The translations under genes were made by a program, and so were the position numbers. A DNA stretch of 64,000 bases from the human T2T-CHM13v2.0 reference genome, Homo sapiens. The DNA lies in the NCBI RefSeq assembly GCF_009914755.1, contig NC_060946.1; one strand, 5' to 3'. Below the pieces are notes generated by a model that was not told the origin of the DNA, searched no databases, and was given only the letters and a program-made list of their open reading frames with translations. The first letter of the stretch is position 1, and the number at the start of each line of letters is the position of its first letter. Below are positions 11,881 through 26,230 of the stretch, one piece after another.

Positions 11881-14653
11881 GCCACCACCACCCTCTCTTA
11901 AAGAGGACTGGAATAACTCTTCCACAGCTCCCGCCACACTCAGCACTGCCTGCACCTCCTCCTGGAGCTGGCAGGGCCCCAGCTGTGCACCCCTCAATGC
12001 TCTCACAGCTTCAGGAAGAGGACTGCTAAGCCCAGGGCCCTGCTGACAACATGCCGGGAGCGCATCTGCAGGCAGGGTCAGAATGTCAGCTACCAGGCAG
12101 CAGAGAGATGCGGGGCACCAACAGCAAAAGCACTTGGGGGGCTTTTTCAAGTGGCATCAGAACTAGACCTGGATACAAAGGGGTGGCCCTGGCTTCAGGA
12201 AGCCCATGATAAGTCAGTCTGCTGTGTCCTTCAACACAGTGTCCCCACCTTCTGTCTCCCAACACTAGGCCATGGAGACACAAAACTAGAAAATGGGGCT
12301 GCCTAGCTACGAATGCCCAGGCTGTGAATTGGGGTCTCCAAAGGAACCTCAGAGCCGTGTCCTACTCAGAGCAGCTCCTTCAGCTCTTCACCCTGGAAAG
12401 CACTCCGGTACAAAACAGGAATATTCCTCTTCTCCTGACTCTGCCCAAGGCACTGCTGTGACCCTCTCAGCAGTGGAAGCACTAGCCAATGTGCCATCCT
12501 CTTGGACGATAGCTGGATAATCGCAATAAGCAGAGCTCCAACAACTAGCTCTAGTGTGTGGGGAGAAGTGGGGAGGATGGAGAAAGGATACAAAAAGACA
12601 CTGTGGGATTTCAGGGCAACCCATGAGTGAGGATCACAGCAGAGCTATGCCTTGCAAGGACCAGAACTGGAAAACCTTTGTGACTTAGACCACCCTCCTC
12701 AGGACAGCTCCCGCCACTCTTCAGGGACAAAGTTCCTTTACTCAGCCATAGTTTCTGTGCTCCAAATACTCAGCTTACACATGCCTGTTGCTGCTGCACT
12801 CACCACTGTGGTTCTCAGTGCAAATTCCCCAGAAAGCAGTCTGACTGGCTGGGAGACCTTTTTTTTTAACCAGGCCCCCAAAGTTGTAGATTTTGGGGTC
12901 ATTTACAATATGCATTTCCCCAACACACTCAGATCTAGGTGGACTTGACCAGATGGGCATCTGTATTCCATTACCCAGCATATAACCACTTTGGGCAACA
13001 GGGAATGTGAAGGGCCCCAAACCGTTCCCCACCAAGAGTGTGGGTGGCAGGCACCCTGAAATATGTCTAGCACACTCATAAAGCATGAACATCTACACAC
13101 AACTAAAAATAAATAGTGAGAGCCCTGACACTGCTTCTGGGGGTTTTCCCAAGCACCTGTTACGAATGATAACAATGGATGGCCGCTCCTTCTCCCTCAG
13201 CTTTGACTTTCATTGCTGGTGGCTCAGGCTCCTGTGCTTGGCTGTCATCGGTGGGTAGCCCTGGATTGGACATTTTCCCTATTCAATTCAAGGACCATGT
13301 TCTTGAGCATAACTATGACCAGGCAGTAGGCAGTGGGCCCTGCTCTTTCTTTCCAGGGAGGCACAGATAAGCCAGCATCACAGATGCAAAAAACAGAACC
13401 GTGGAGGTAGAGACTAATTCTTCAGCAGCCCAGAGAAGAGAACTGGGAAACAGGGCCCTCGCAGATACACAAGACCAAGCTGGAGAGTTCAGGGACTTCC
13501 AAAAGAAGGTACAAGAATGAGCACTATACCATAGTGGGGTGGGTCACAAAAGCAGGAAAAGGTCCCCAAACAAAGAATCCATCAGTCAGTTACAGCACTC
13601 TCCCCATGTGGTGAAACAGTACGCAACCATTTAAAAACTGCAGAGAACAATATTTATGAACACCTAAAAATGCTGAAAGCACACTACTAAGTAAAAGGGG
13701 AGAAAGGCTATAAAAGGATTTGAAAGTATTTTCGTAAAGATAAACACCCACACACACCCACACACCTCTATATATGTGTGGAAAAAGGACTGGGCTAGTA
13801 TATTTAAAAAACGCTAAAGGGAGGTCGGGTAATAAGGGATTGTTTTTTCCTTGCACTTTGTGTTTTCTAAGTATTCTATAGTCTGAATGAATTAGATTCA
13901 TAATTAGGACCAACAGTCATAAGCAATTTCTCAGACCACCTGCCTCATAAAACCCAAAAAAAGAAGTCAGAGAGGGGTGAATATTTTGGTACAGATGAAT
14001 TCAGGTTGTGTAAGTGGAGAGGAGGGAGGTGGCCAAGGAGCCTGAAGTGGGGGAGGGGGGCTGATGGTGAAATAGGGAATGGGTGGAGAGAGAAAATGAT
14101 TGCAAAATTGGCTGGAGCCAGCCTGGTCAGGTCAACTTTGCAGGTGTGTGAAGTGTCAAATGGTTAATCAGTTGCCCTCTGTTTGAGCTGCTTAATGCAC
14201 AAGGGCCTGGTTGAACAGGTTTGACCTCATTTACTTTTTCTTAAAGCTGTTTAGCCACTTTCCTAAAAACTCCTATTTTCTGAGTTATTAAACTTTCCAT
14301 TCCATGTTGATCCCTTCCGAGCCCTCTAACGCATCTCTTCTCTTGCTTCTTCCAACTGGATGCCTTCATGAGGCATTAACAGATACTGTGAGCCCTGATG
14401 AAAATCATCCTTTCAGGGTACAAGGAAGGCACCTGAATGACAGATGGTTAGAGGAATCTTGAGAAAGCAGTTTAGGCATTAACATGCAGGCTGTCGCTGA
14501 CTTACACAGAGCCAAGGACGTGACATACAGCATGGGGCCATTTCTAAATCCCCACTGAGGACAAGGGTCCTGGAGGGAATGGGATTTGGAACAAGATTTG
14601 GGCTTTGAACATTCGCTACAGGCTCTGACAAAGCAGTGATGGTTCAAAAGCCT

Positions 14654-14669
14654 CTGCCCCCTGGTGGCA
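14654..14669 (-). promoter_or_regulatory. CTCF core motif
   Basis: Minus strand TGCCACCAGGGGGCAG, near-consensus; motif match only. Confidence 0.5.
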
Positions 14670-14899
14670 AGCCCTGCCCAGATGCTGTTAAGGGGCTCTC
14701 CAGGCACGCCCTCCTAATTAGGGGCAAAATCAGAGAAGCCTCTTTGGAAGAAGACAAAAGGCACAATGAGATGCGGTCTCCTGAAGTAGAGGCTTTCTCT
14801 CTGGTTATCACCTGAAACAGGAAATAAGGACTGAGTACCTGCTCAATTCCAGGCACTAGCCAAATCTGCAGCAAACTAGCATTTCCAAAGGTGTCTTCT

Positions 14900-15870
14900 T
14901 ACTTTAATCTCACAGCCACCCTGTGAGGGAAGTGTACATTCCCCATTTCGCTGATGAGATGAGCAAACTGAGGCTTGGAGAAATTGTCAGTGGGATACAG
15001 AGTTGGCATCCAAACCCACAATCTCTGACTCTAAGCTTCTGTTTCATTCATTCCACAAATATATATGGTGTCTCCTCTTTGCTGGACACTGTACTGGGCT
15101 GATGAGCTACAAGACCCAATCTTTACAGTCTAGGAGGCAGAGATAGATAAGTAAACAGAGGCGGCAAAGCGTGGCACTGTGAAAGATGCACTGAGGACAC
15201 CGAGCTAGGTGTTCCACAGGCGTCAGGAAAGGCTTCACACAAGAGAGGTTGCTTGTGCCCAGTTCTAATTAGGATGAGTAGGTATTTCTGCTAGATCGTG
15301 GTGGGGTGGGGAGGACATCACATAGGACCTCAGCAGAGAGCAGCTCGAATCTATGCAGAGCTGCACGAGGAGCCGGAGGTCCAGAGTACTGCAGCAGTTT
15401 GACATTGATGGGTGGTAGGGTCCATGAAAGTAGAGGAAGACCAAGAGGAAGCAGCAGACAGGGGCCAGGCCAGGGCAGGGATAGGGTGCTCTACTAAAGA
15501 GCATGGGCTTTGAACTATGAGCAGTGGAGAGCCACTGGGGGTGTAAATAAGGAAACAGATATTCCAAATCCTGCCTTGGGAAGATTGTTCTGGCAGGAGT
15601 GATGGGAAAGGGGCCCTGGCAGAAGATTCCTTCATGCTCCTGCGGTGATCCAGGTGAGAGCTGCTGAGGACCCCAACCAAATCAGATCACTGGACCTCCA
15701 CTGGGAGTGAAAGGGGGTGGTCTGGCCAGAGAGATAGTAAAGAGATGTAGTTAACAGGCAAGAGAATGTGGGGATATCCAGGGAGCTGTCCACAATTCGC
15801 AGGTCTTAGGCAACTGCTTGGGAGAAGTTGATGAGGTCATCACTGGACAGAGAATCTATTCCCTGGGCCC
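14900..15870 (-). mobile_element. MIR followed by L2 remnants
   Basis: ccccatttcgctgatgag..aaactgaggc (MIR); ttcattcattccacaaatat...ggaaaggcttc (L2). Confidence 0.55.
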
Positions 15871-17737
15871 AACCAACTCTCTAGACCATCCTGCCATGTG
15901 CCTCTGAGAAGTGAGCTTCCCCAGCCAAGCCCACAGGAGGACATATGGAGCAAAGGTCAACAGTCACTCAGCTGATGGATGGCAAGCATTCAGATGGGAG
16001 GTGCCTCCACAGGCCATGATAACCCATGGATCCATTTGAGAAAGATGCCAAAAAACAGTTAATTCAAGGCCACTTTAAAATACCTGGCATTCAATCCTCC
16101 TCAATGTCTCCATCAACTGTAGACCCTATAACTACCAAATGAGCTCCACTCGCCACAAAGGTCAAGACACAGAAACGGTCAGAGAGCAGAGCCTATTCCT
16201 GAAAAGCAAAAGACTCCAAACTTCCACAACTCAACCAGTGAAGGGCTGGGGAAGACTGACAGGTTCACTAAGAAATGAGAGGAAGGACAAACAAGGTGTT
16301 CAAATTAGAAAATGATTCCATTAATGAGGGCTCTGATGATATAGTTGTGGAGGTTATCAGTTTGCCAGAGCTGCAGATTTAAAATACTTACATGGTCATC
16401 GAAACCAAAAAATGCTGACCATCCCCCAAAACCTCCCACCCCACCTAGTGCTGATAACAGGAGTTATCAGTTGCCTTTTGTGTACAGCTAGATGAGATAT
16501 GGATCTGTGGGGGGAAGAAGGGGTGGGCGTGCTAGCATCTCTCAGCTAGACTGTCATCGGATGGTGACATTCCCCAGGACTCAAGCAGCATCTGAGAAGC
16601 CACTTTCAGTATGACTATGGAACAGCTAACCACACAACACAGCATACTGAATGAGGAGCCTCGCAGGCTGAGAAGAAAGCAAACCCGGAAGGCAACAAAT
16701 GGATACGTGCATGCTGAAGGACTCGTGTTTAATTCTTCCCGGTAATCCTTTGTCAGGCATATATTTTTGTCTCCTCAAACTTAAGAAAGAAATCCATGTT
16801 CTGGAGGGGAGAAAGAGAGGCTGTACTCATTAACTCAGAGCTGACCTCGTCTGGCAGGATTAACTCGCCATACCTGTCCAGCCCACAGAACCTGGCCTGG
16901 AGCATGGAGGGAGAACCACAGCCAACTCCAGAAAAATAAAAGGCTGCAGCGAGAAACAAGTGGGGCCACAGAGAGAAAGGGGTTTTGAAAAAGTTCTAAA
17001 TCCCCATGGCTAGGGACAGTGACATCAGTGTGTTTACCAAGTATTTGATTTACTTGCTCAGGCAAAATTCCAGAAGAGACACTGGGACCTGTGTGGAGAG
17101 TTTCTTCACTGCAGCTATCCTGCCAAGCTCATTGTAAAGTGACGAATTTTGTGGACACTTACAGAGAAAAAATAGCTTCAAATGCTATAGACCAATGCTG
17201 CACGCTGCAGAGACACAGTCTTTGGGTTCTGTGAGCTGTATTTGGGCATTACGCAGAGTTCAGCTGCCATCTGTCCCTTTGAAGGCCAGCTAAGAAGTTG
17301 GTCCCAGCCTGGGCATGGTACCACTGTCCTACATTCCAGCCATTTGGGATATCCTGGGTTCAAGCATTCCCTCCCATTGCTGGATCAAGCACTTCCCACC
17401 TCCTGCTCTGGGAAATCAGATCTCAGTAGGTCATCAACCATCCCAGAAAGTCCAGCAGAGTTGGTTTTGGTTTGGGGGTGTTTTTTGAGTTGGGTGGAAG
17501 AAGAGACCTTATATAATCTTTTAACTTTTTCTCTAAGGCTGAATTCCCTATAAGCAAAATTTTAAAATTTTTTTTAAAGAAGAAAAACACCCAGACAATC
17601 CTTAAAATCCCCTTTCAGCTCCAAGACTGTGTAATTCTGTGATACCAGTATTGAAAGCCCCTGCATTTCCCTAACTATATATTCCCCTATGCCAGGGAAA
17701 GGTGCATGTAAGTGAGAGAACAAAAAATTTCACAATC

Positions 17738-17868
17738 GTGGGGACCTCTTCTTTCGGCTTTGGAGCCCCCTTCCCTCTGTCTCTGTACGGGGCAGCTTTT
17801 TCCTTCTGTCTTCTCCCTTCCTTCTTGTCTACTAAACTCTCTGCGCCTTAGAACCAAAAATAAAAAAT
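17738..17868 (+). mobile_element. Short LTR-like fragment ending in an A-rich tail, flanked by TSD-like repeats
   Basis: ctttggagcccccttccctctgtctctgtacgggg...actaaactctctgcgccttagaacca + A-rich tail; flanks aaaatttcacaatc / aaaaattcaaaatc. Confidence 0.45.
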
Positions 17869-18769
17869 AAAAATTCAAAATCATGATCTTAGGGGTGAAA
17901 GAACACTGAGAAACCATAGAAAGCAAAAACGAAAAGCCAACATAGAAAAAGTCTGACTTGAATTAGAAGCAGCACTTAAAATTACAGGTTCAGAAAAAGC
18001 TTGAACAGAATCCAGGGCTGAGGTCAGCCCTGAGTCTGCAGGCTCTGCCCTCTCACAAAGGTGAGTAGATGGGTCTGGAGAGGGCTGTTCATGCTATGGA
18101 AGGGCCTCTATGCCATCGAGGCTAAAACCAAAGCAGGAGCAAATCAGCCCTGCTAGTGTGTACAGTCGGCATCAAAGAGGCAACAACGGTAGAGAATATT
18201 TTCTGAAAGACACACATGAAACCAGTAACGGCGATGGTCTCTGGAAGAATTAGGTCAGAAGCAGACTTAATTTGCACTGTGTACATTCTTTGGTATCCTT
18301 TTTAATTGAACGCATGTGAATGCATTACCTATTCAAAAATAAATGTGTAAAAACACGTGCCACGACAAAGCAAAATGAGGAGACAGTATAAAAAAGACAA
18401 GGATAATTTTAAATTTCTCCTAATAAAACGCTGTTTAAAAATCTAAGAGGAAAAAAGGGTAGGCTCCAGCTAGTGGAGAGAACAACTGAAAAACAAGAGC
18501 CACGTGTTCCCATGGTCCTGGCCAACCCCACTTCTTTCCCATCCTCACTCGTTCACATCTGCCTTGGAGCACCCACAGCAAGCCTGGCTTCATGCCCAGA
18601 ACATCGCCTGGCTTTCCTCCTCTCTCCCTGCCCACATCTCCTCAGTCACTCGCTGCCTCCTCTCTTGCTTCTCTCCCAGTTCTCAGTTTGCCCATCAAAT
18701 CTCAGGTGGTACTCTCCATTCTCTGCTATGAGGGAGTTCATTTGTTCATGCAATTTCCCCACCGGAGAC

Positions 18770-19293
18770 AAAATGTATTTCCCAAAGTTGGCTTGCAATG
18801 ACATCTCCCATGCCTGCTCTGCTTACCCATGACTTTGACACTCCTTCCATCGAGAGGGCAGAACCTGTGTTTCCTCTCTCTGAATCTAGGTGGGCTACAG
18901 CTCTGGTAGAAGTGACACTCTGTGACCTTAAGGCTAGGTCACAAAAAGGGAATGCAGCTTCTGCCAGCAATCCTGGGACACACACTTGGAGCCCGAGCTG
19001 CTGTGTAAGCCATCTGCCTGCTCTGAGCCCACCACACTATAAGGAAGCCCAAGCTAGCCCACAGGAGAGACGAGGTGAAGAGAATGAGATGCCAGTCTCC
19101 ACTGCTCCAGCTCTCTAGTGTCCCAGCCCCAGCCACTATCTGACTGCAACCCCATGAAAGACTGAGCCAGAACCACGAGCCCAGCCCTTCCTGATGTTGA
19201 CATACAGACTTCATGAAAGAGAATAAACTAATTTTTGCTTTAAGCCACTATGATTTGGGATGATTTGTTATGCAGCACTGGATAACTGCAACA
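18770..19293. mobile_element. MLT1-type MaLR LTR
   Basis: Similar to the 9.0-9.5 kb element; ends tttaagccacta..tttgggatgatttgttatgcagcactggataac. Confidence 0.65.
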
Positions 19294-22200
19294 CCTGCTT
19301 CTAAACAGTAGAATCCCAAACGTCTAGGCCCCATCTCTAACTTACTTCATGTTCCTGTTCTCACTGATTTTTTGCCACTGAGCTTGACCAAGCCCTTGAG
19401 TCACCAATTCCAGATATTTGTTTAAACAAATTCACTGTGACTGTCTACACTATCCATTCCTCCAAAACAATCCCTGTTATAGTTGGCCTTCCCCAGTTCT
19501 CTTCCTGGCATAGAGTAGTCTGTGCCCTTCTCTCATTTCTTAATATGACCCTCACCCATGGAGTGTTCCTAGATTCTGCTCATTCATAATGCTTCTTCAC
19601 CCACCCTAACCTCTCCCTCCTGTAGCCACAGATCATCCACTTTTCCAGGCCTCTGCACTGGAGGCTGCATCAGCCACCTCCCAGTACGTCATCCTTTCCA
19701 ATGCCCTACAACACGGGGCAGAAAGGACTCTTTTTTGCTACACATCCAGGCTGTTTAAGAAAAGGCTTAAGGCAGCTTAAGCACAAAGAATGTCATCTTC
19801 AAACATTGTAACGGCATCTTCTTTTTGGGGCACTGAAGTATTCCCATGATTCCAAGAATCAAATGAACAGCATCTGGTTATGGGGTCTCTGGTCTCTGCC
19901 AAGGCAAACTCATAAAGCATTTCAGAGCCCTTCATCTGGAAAGGCCTTTTCTCCACCCCACGCCCAGCCAATGCCCACTCATACTTTAAGGCCCAGCTCA
20001 TCCGTCATCTCTGCTAGGGAACCTTCCTCAGTGCCTTATGCAGGCAACCATTCCTGCCTTGTGTTGTGTTGTGTTGTGTTGTGCCTTAAGTCAAATCCTT
20101 AACTCATCTTTGTGTGTCCCCTTGCATTTCAGACAGTAGGTGCCCAATAAATGTTTGTGGGATGAATCAACTGGTTATTCTCCTGGAACACCCTTTCCCA
20201 GTACACCTCCACTCGCCAGAACAACTGTCTTCCTCACAGGTGCCAGCCATCACCCCGACCACACCCTCTCAAAAGGCCTTTGCCAGTCATCAAACAAAGC
20301 CTCTTGTCTCCTGAGAGCCGCTCCACAATCACCTTCCCAAGAAGAATTCCCCATACCGAGTCCACCATTCCTTCCCTGATCAAAGTTGCTTTCACAGGCA
20401 TCTTTTCAGCTATCCACTCTTCACGGCTTGGTTTTCATGCACTCTGAGTTGGCCCTATCTCCCCTTTTTGGCCTCAAGCACGTCAAGAGGAAGGCTGGTG
20501 ACAGCCTTTCCCGAGCTCAGGACAGTTTTCATGCAAACTGGTTCTCCCAGGTTCTTATGCCTGGAAGAACTGCTGCTCTCCAATAGCATGAAGTAGACAA
20601 TGATGTTCTTAGCATCCAGTCTTAAAACTAGAAAAAGTATTGGCACTGCTGGATCCCCAGCTCCTAGAATGGTGTGTGGCACCTGAACAGAGCTCAAAAA
20701 TATTAGTTGAATGGAGGAAAGAATGAACAGTCATCTGGCCCAGACTTGGAGAAGCTGTGATCTGTCTAGCCCTTCTACACCAGGAGCGAGGCCTGAAAAG
20801 CTGCATGACTCACCCAAGGTCACGAGCAAGCCAGTGAAGAGGGGCTGGAACCCTGTCTTTTGCCTCAAAGCACAGGGCCCTCCTTCTGTCCCACCCAGCT
20901 TTCTCACCACCCACCCCACCCCTTCCACACTCCAAAGACAGCATCTCCGTGAGAAGTGTTGGGCAGTGTCCAGGAGTGTTTTTCTTCCTGGCTTTAAAAC
21001 AAATTGTGACAAATGGCTCCACAGATCTACCGGGCCATGGAGCTGAGCAGATGGGACTGCAATTCACGCTATTAACTCAAATTCTACTTGACTTTCTTTC
21101 AAATCAGGGCATTTTATCTAGAAATTATAAAAAATTGTTGGGGGAGTGCCTTTGTAAGGAAGTTTGCCAGCACATTCATTTACAAATCGACTTGCTCCTG
21201 GCCACCCTCACTGATCACGGACTTTTACTCACGCTCCCTTACTCTCTCCCATCAAAGAGTCCAGCGCATGGAGAGAGTGATGGAATCTTGAGGCCCACCG
21301 GTCTAACCACCCACCTAAGCTTGACTCCCCTGTGCCTGTGGACATCCTGCGTGCAGATGCACATTCCCACTAATGGCAGCCAGGGGAAAGCACTATTCGA
21401 AAGTTCTTCTTTACTTTGAACTCAAATTGGGCTCAGGGGTCCTGGATACAGGACAACCCCAATCTCTTATTTATTCAATGGACAACAGGTGAGCACATAC
21501 TAGGCCTGGACACTGATGTAGGTAGGCACTAAAGCTTCAGAGAGATGCAAATGAACAATCTTTACCCTGAAGGAGCTCATGTTCTATGGGTTCATTTCCT
21601 TTCCCTGTGTCTTACAAACAGGTTCCAGTTTGTTTCCGTCCTTCAGAGTGTACTGCCTAGAACTGCATGCTATACTCCACAAGTGGCCTGACCAGCTTGT
21701 GGACAAGGATGAAGCAAGCAGACCACCTTCTTTCAGTGCAGACAAGATGGCTGTTTAGAGGCCACATCACGTGGCAGACACCTGCCAACTAAAACCCTCC
21801 ATCCTTCCCACAGCCTCCCCCTCCTACACTTTGCAGCTGGATTCAAAACCTTGCATTCACCCTTGTTCCATCAACAGGGCCAGGCCATCAGTCTATCTCA
21901 TCCGGACTGTTTTTTATCTTACTTGCCAACCTACACACTTGCTGTTCCTTCTTGCCTTAAAGTCATACAGATGACTTTAGGTGATTCAGATGAGTGTGAC
22001 CTCTACTTTCACCAAACACAATAGTCAATTCAGAAAGGTCAAGGACAGAACCCTCCAGCATGCTAACGCAGCCAAAGAAGTCCGAAAACAATACTTGGCC
22101 ACACTGTTTTCCTGCTTACGGATGTGGACTGCTCTTGTCCTGCCTGTAAATATATCGGATCGCTCTCCTTCTTGCTGGCATCCACAGTAACTATACTCAA

Positions 22201-23939
22201 TAAACACACCAACTTTGATGCCAAATCCTAGGCCATCCCACACATCTTAAAAATAAAACAAAAATATGCTATTCCAGCTACCCTCACTCTTTTTGTGGTT
22301 TCCTGCAGTCCAACTAGCTACAAATCTCAAAGCCAAAGATTGTAGCTCCCTCTCTTTTGTTCTTTCATCAAGCCAGGGAGTCCTGCTCCTCTCTCTCTAG
22401 TCTCTCCTGTGTCAGTGCCACTTGTCAACTGCCTAATCCAGCCACGCTGCTCTTCAATATTAAAGGTCTTCAGCATATTTTAAAGTTAGTCTCCTACTGC
22501 CACTCTTTTCCCTACTCTTGCCAGTCCACTCAGTAAACTACTGCCATACAGGTCTCCCACAGCAGTTTCTCACCAGATAAACAATGGCCGGAGATTCCAC
22601 TTTGCCAATCACATCAAGTCCAAACTCCGTGTCTTGGTATCCAAGGCTTCTAAAGTCTGGCCCCACTCCACCTACTCACTCTGACACCCACCACTCCCTC
22701 CAAACATCCCCGGTACGTCTTACTGGATTTTGCCATTTCCTCCAAGTTGACCAGGAGTCATTCACACCTAAAGGCTATGCTTACATCGTTTTCCATCTCT
22801 TGTGTTGGTGAGCTAAAAACAAGATGGAAAAGAAAAAAGAAGAGGAAGAGAGAAAAAGAGAAAAGGAAGAAATGGGGAAAACAGCAATAGGACCAGCTAA
22901 CTCCTACAGCAGAGTCTTGCCAGGCCCTCCCCTAATTGCTTTATATGTGTTACAATGTTTAACCCTCACAACTACAACAGGAGTTGGGTACCATTCCATC
23001 CCCACCTGCAGATGAGTGTGGCACCCCAAGATTAAGTATCTGCCCAGGGTCACGTGAAAAGTCTGCATGCATGCTGAACCATTCCAGCTGCACCACTGCC
23101 CAGGAAAAAAGTCACAGGTAGGAAGACAAGCATAGAATTAAGAACAAAGCAACTAACTGTACCAGGTGCTACAGAAGGGTGGTCAGCCTGGAAAATCAGG
23201 AGGTGCATTCCTTGGGAGATTGCCGCAATCAGAGTCTGGGAGTATGCAGGAGACTGGCAGGCAGCCCAGGGACAGGTGAGGCACAGGCACTCATTCCCTT
23301 CCATGTGAGAAGTCAGGGCACGTGCAAAGCCAAGGCCAGAGGACAAAGGTGAGCTCGCCAATAGGGCCAATACTGGGTCTGGCTGGAAGGGGAGGGTGGA
23401 CAGAGATGGGTACTAAGAAGTGAAGATGGACAGGCAGGACCAGGTCTTAAAGGGTTTGTGTCTTGCTAAAGATGGACCCTTAATTCCGTGACACATCTAT
23501 TCAACCACTCCTCATTATCTACCTAAATTCTACTGTGCCTTTGCAAAGCCCAGCTCAAGTCCTTTTTCCTCTCAGGCCTGTCCTCCCTACTCCTGAGCAA
23601 ACCACGGGTGTGGAGACAGGTCCCAACCACCTGCAGATGACAGAAGGAAGCTGCATCTAGGATCGGTCTACACAGAGGCAAGAAGGGATCCTCCTCCTCT
23701 GCCTTCTCCTTTCATGCTGTTCTTACTTTCTCTCAAAAAGAAAGAAAATACAGTGTCATTGCTTCTTCCCTAAGCTTGTTAAGTCAAAGCAAGTCAAAGC
23801 ATCAGAGCTTCATTACTTGGCTTTTTCTAGCTATAAGCGTCTGGAAAATATCAGGAGTCACTGGCCTCTAGGAATCCATTAAGTTAAAGGAGCTCCATGA
23901 TCTACTATCATAAGATGACAAAGAAAATATGCACTTTCT

Positions 23940-24230
23940 TTGGGAGGTCAAGTTGGGCGAATCACTTGAGGTCAGGAGTTCAAGACCAATCTGGCCAACA
24001 TGGTGAAACCCCGTCTCTACTGAAAACACAAAAATTAGCTGGGCTTGGTGGCAGGCACCTGTAATCCCAGCTACTCAGGAGACTGAGGCAGGAGAATCGA
24101 TTGAACCCTTACCCAGGAGACAGAGGTTGCAATGAGCCGAGATGGCACCACGGCACTCCAGCCTGAGCAACAGCGTGACTCCATCTCAAAAAAAAAAAAA
24201 AGAAAGAAAGAAAGGAAGGAAGGAAGAAAG
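23940..24230 (+). mobile_element. 5'-truncated AluS with A/GAAA tail
   Basis: Long TSD aagaaaatatgcactttct / aagaaaatatgcattttct. Confidence 0.9.
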
Positions 24231-24329
24231 AAGAAAATATGCATTTTCTCAGGATTAAATAACAAAAAATGCCAAGTTTCTTAGCTCCAGTCAAGAAAAT
24301 GACATCATGTGACAACAGCAGCCATTGCA

Positions 24330-25360
24330 AGTTTATCAGAAGATGAACAATTACAGATTTTTCATTTCTGAATAAGGAACCATTTACACAGACACATGTA
24401 TAACAAATGTCTGTGCACATCCAGGACTTGTCAAATCTTAACATTTTGCCACACCTGGTTTAGTTTTTTTATTTTTCCTTTCAAGAAAGAAAGCATTACA
24501 GGCTGTGCTTCAATCCCTATTTCACCCCCTTTCAAGCCCCACTATTCCACCCATCCCAGAAATGACAACATCCCGAATTTGGTATTTACCACTCTTGCAC
24601 ATTTATTTTTATGCTTTTACTACCTATGTATGTAGCCATAAACAATATACAGAGTTTTTGGATGCTATAAAACTGTTTAAAATGGCATCACACTGTATGC
24701 ACCCTTTTGCATCTGTTTTAATTGACAAAACATTTTTGAGGGTAATCCTTGTTGACATATGTCACTCCAGGGCATTCCTTTCAACTGCTTTATACCATGG
24801 TCCACTGTCTGGATAATCATTATCTATAGCACAATGTATTCATTTTCCTACTGATAAATTTTTAAGTGGTTTCCAACTTTTCATTGCAATAAATATTCTT
24901 GTAAATCTTCGTCCAAGGTTATCTTCAACCACACTAGGCATTGCCCAAATTGCTCTGCAACATCAGTGCACCAATTTACATTGCCAAGATCAGTGTTTAA
25001 GTGTTTCTATTCTTTGATGTCTTTGTCAACCTTGGTACTATTTGACTACTACACTTTTCACCAATCAGATATAAGGATGAAATGGTGCCTTCTTGGTATT
25101 CTGAAAATTAATTTTAAATGGGAAAATAAATTACTAATAAGTGCAGCTTAATCAACAAGAGTTTTCATTAACATGTGGGAATACACCAGGTGTTCCTTGG
25201 ATTTTCTTGAAAATTCTACAGGGAGGGTACGGGAGTGACGGTACAGATAAGATTGGACATGAGCTGATAATTGTTGGAACTAGGTGATGAGTGTATGAGG
25301 GTTAATTATTCTGCTCTCTCCACTTTGGTACATATTTGAAATTTTTCACAATAGAAATTA
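24330..25360. mobile_element. Old L1 (L1M) 3' fragments
   Basis: AT-rich L1M-like motifs (ttccaacttttcattgcaat, accaatttaca, ttcattattct-like). Confidence 0.5.
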
Positions 25361-25369
25361 AAAGAAGAA

Positions 25370-25737
<368 letters not shown>

Positions 25738-26000
25738 GAAATGCCATAAAGCATCTGGAGCAAAGAACATCCAAAGAAGAGCACTGATCACTGCAGCAGA
25801 CAGCCATTCAGAATGGGCAGAGAGCAGAGCTGGCAGGAAGAGAGGACAAAAGGAAGACCAGGAAGGGAAGCCAGGAAAAGAGATTTTGCATTGTGTTATT
25901 ATTTCAATCAGAAGACTTAGGAACATTATTTAATTATCAAATTTGTGTGTCTGATGATCCTTTACAACACTGCAGCATCAAATAAAGTGTTATCAGATTT

Positions 26001-26230
26001 CTTTCTTTTTTTTTTTTTTGAGACTGGGTCTGATTCTGTAGCCCAGGCTGGAGTGCAGGGGTATAATAATAGCTCACTGCAGCTTCAAACTCCTGAGTTT
26101 GTTTGTTTGTTTGTCTGTTTGTTTGTTTGTTTGGAGAGACAGCGTCTCGAACTCCTGGGCTCCAGTGATCCTCCCACCTCAGCCTCCCAAAGTGCTGGGA
26201 TTACAAGCATGAGCCACTGTGCCCCAGCCC
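26001..26230 (-). mobile_element. AluJ with internal deletion and (TTTG)n
   Basis: Reverse Alu consensus pieces. Confidence 0.8.

Noticed and set aside
11872-12624. Protein-looking minus-strand ORFs (…QLQEEVQAVLSVAGAVEELFQSSLRE…)
   Set aside because: No recognisable family, poly(A) or TSD, and no consistent frame; probably chance ORFs in intronic DNA. A tblastx search would settle it.
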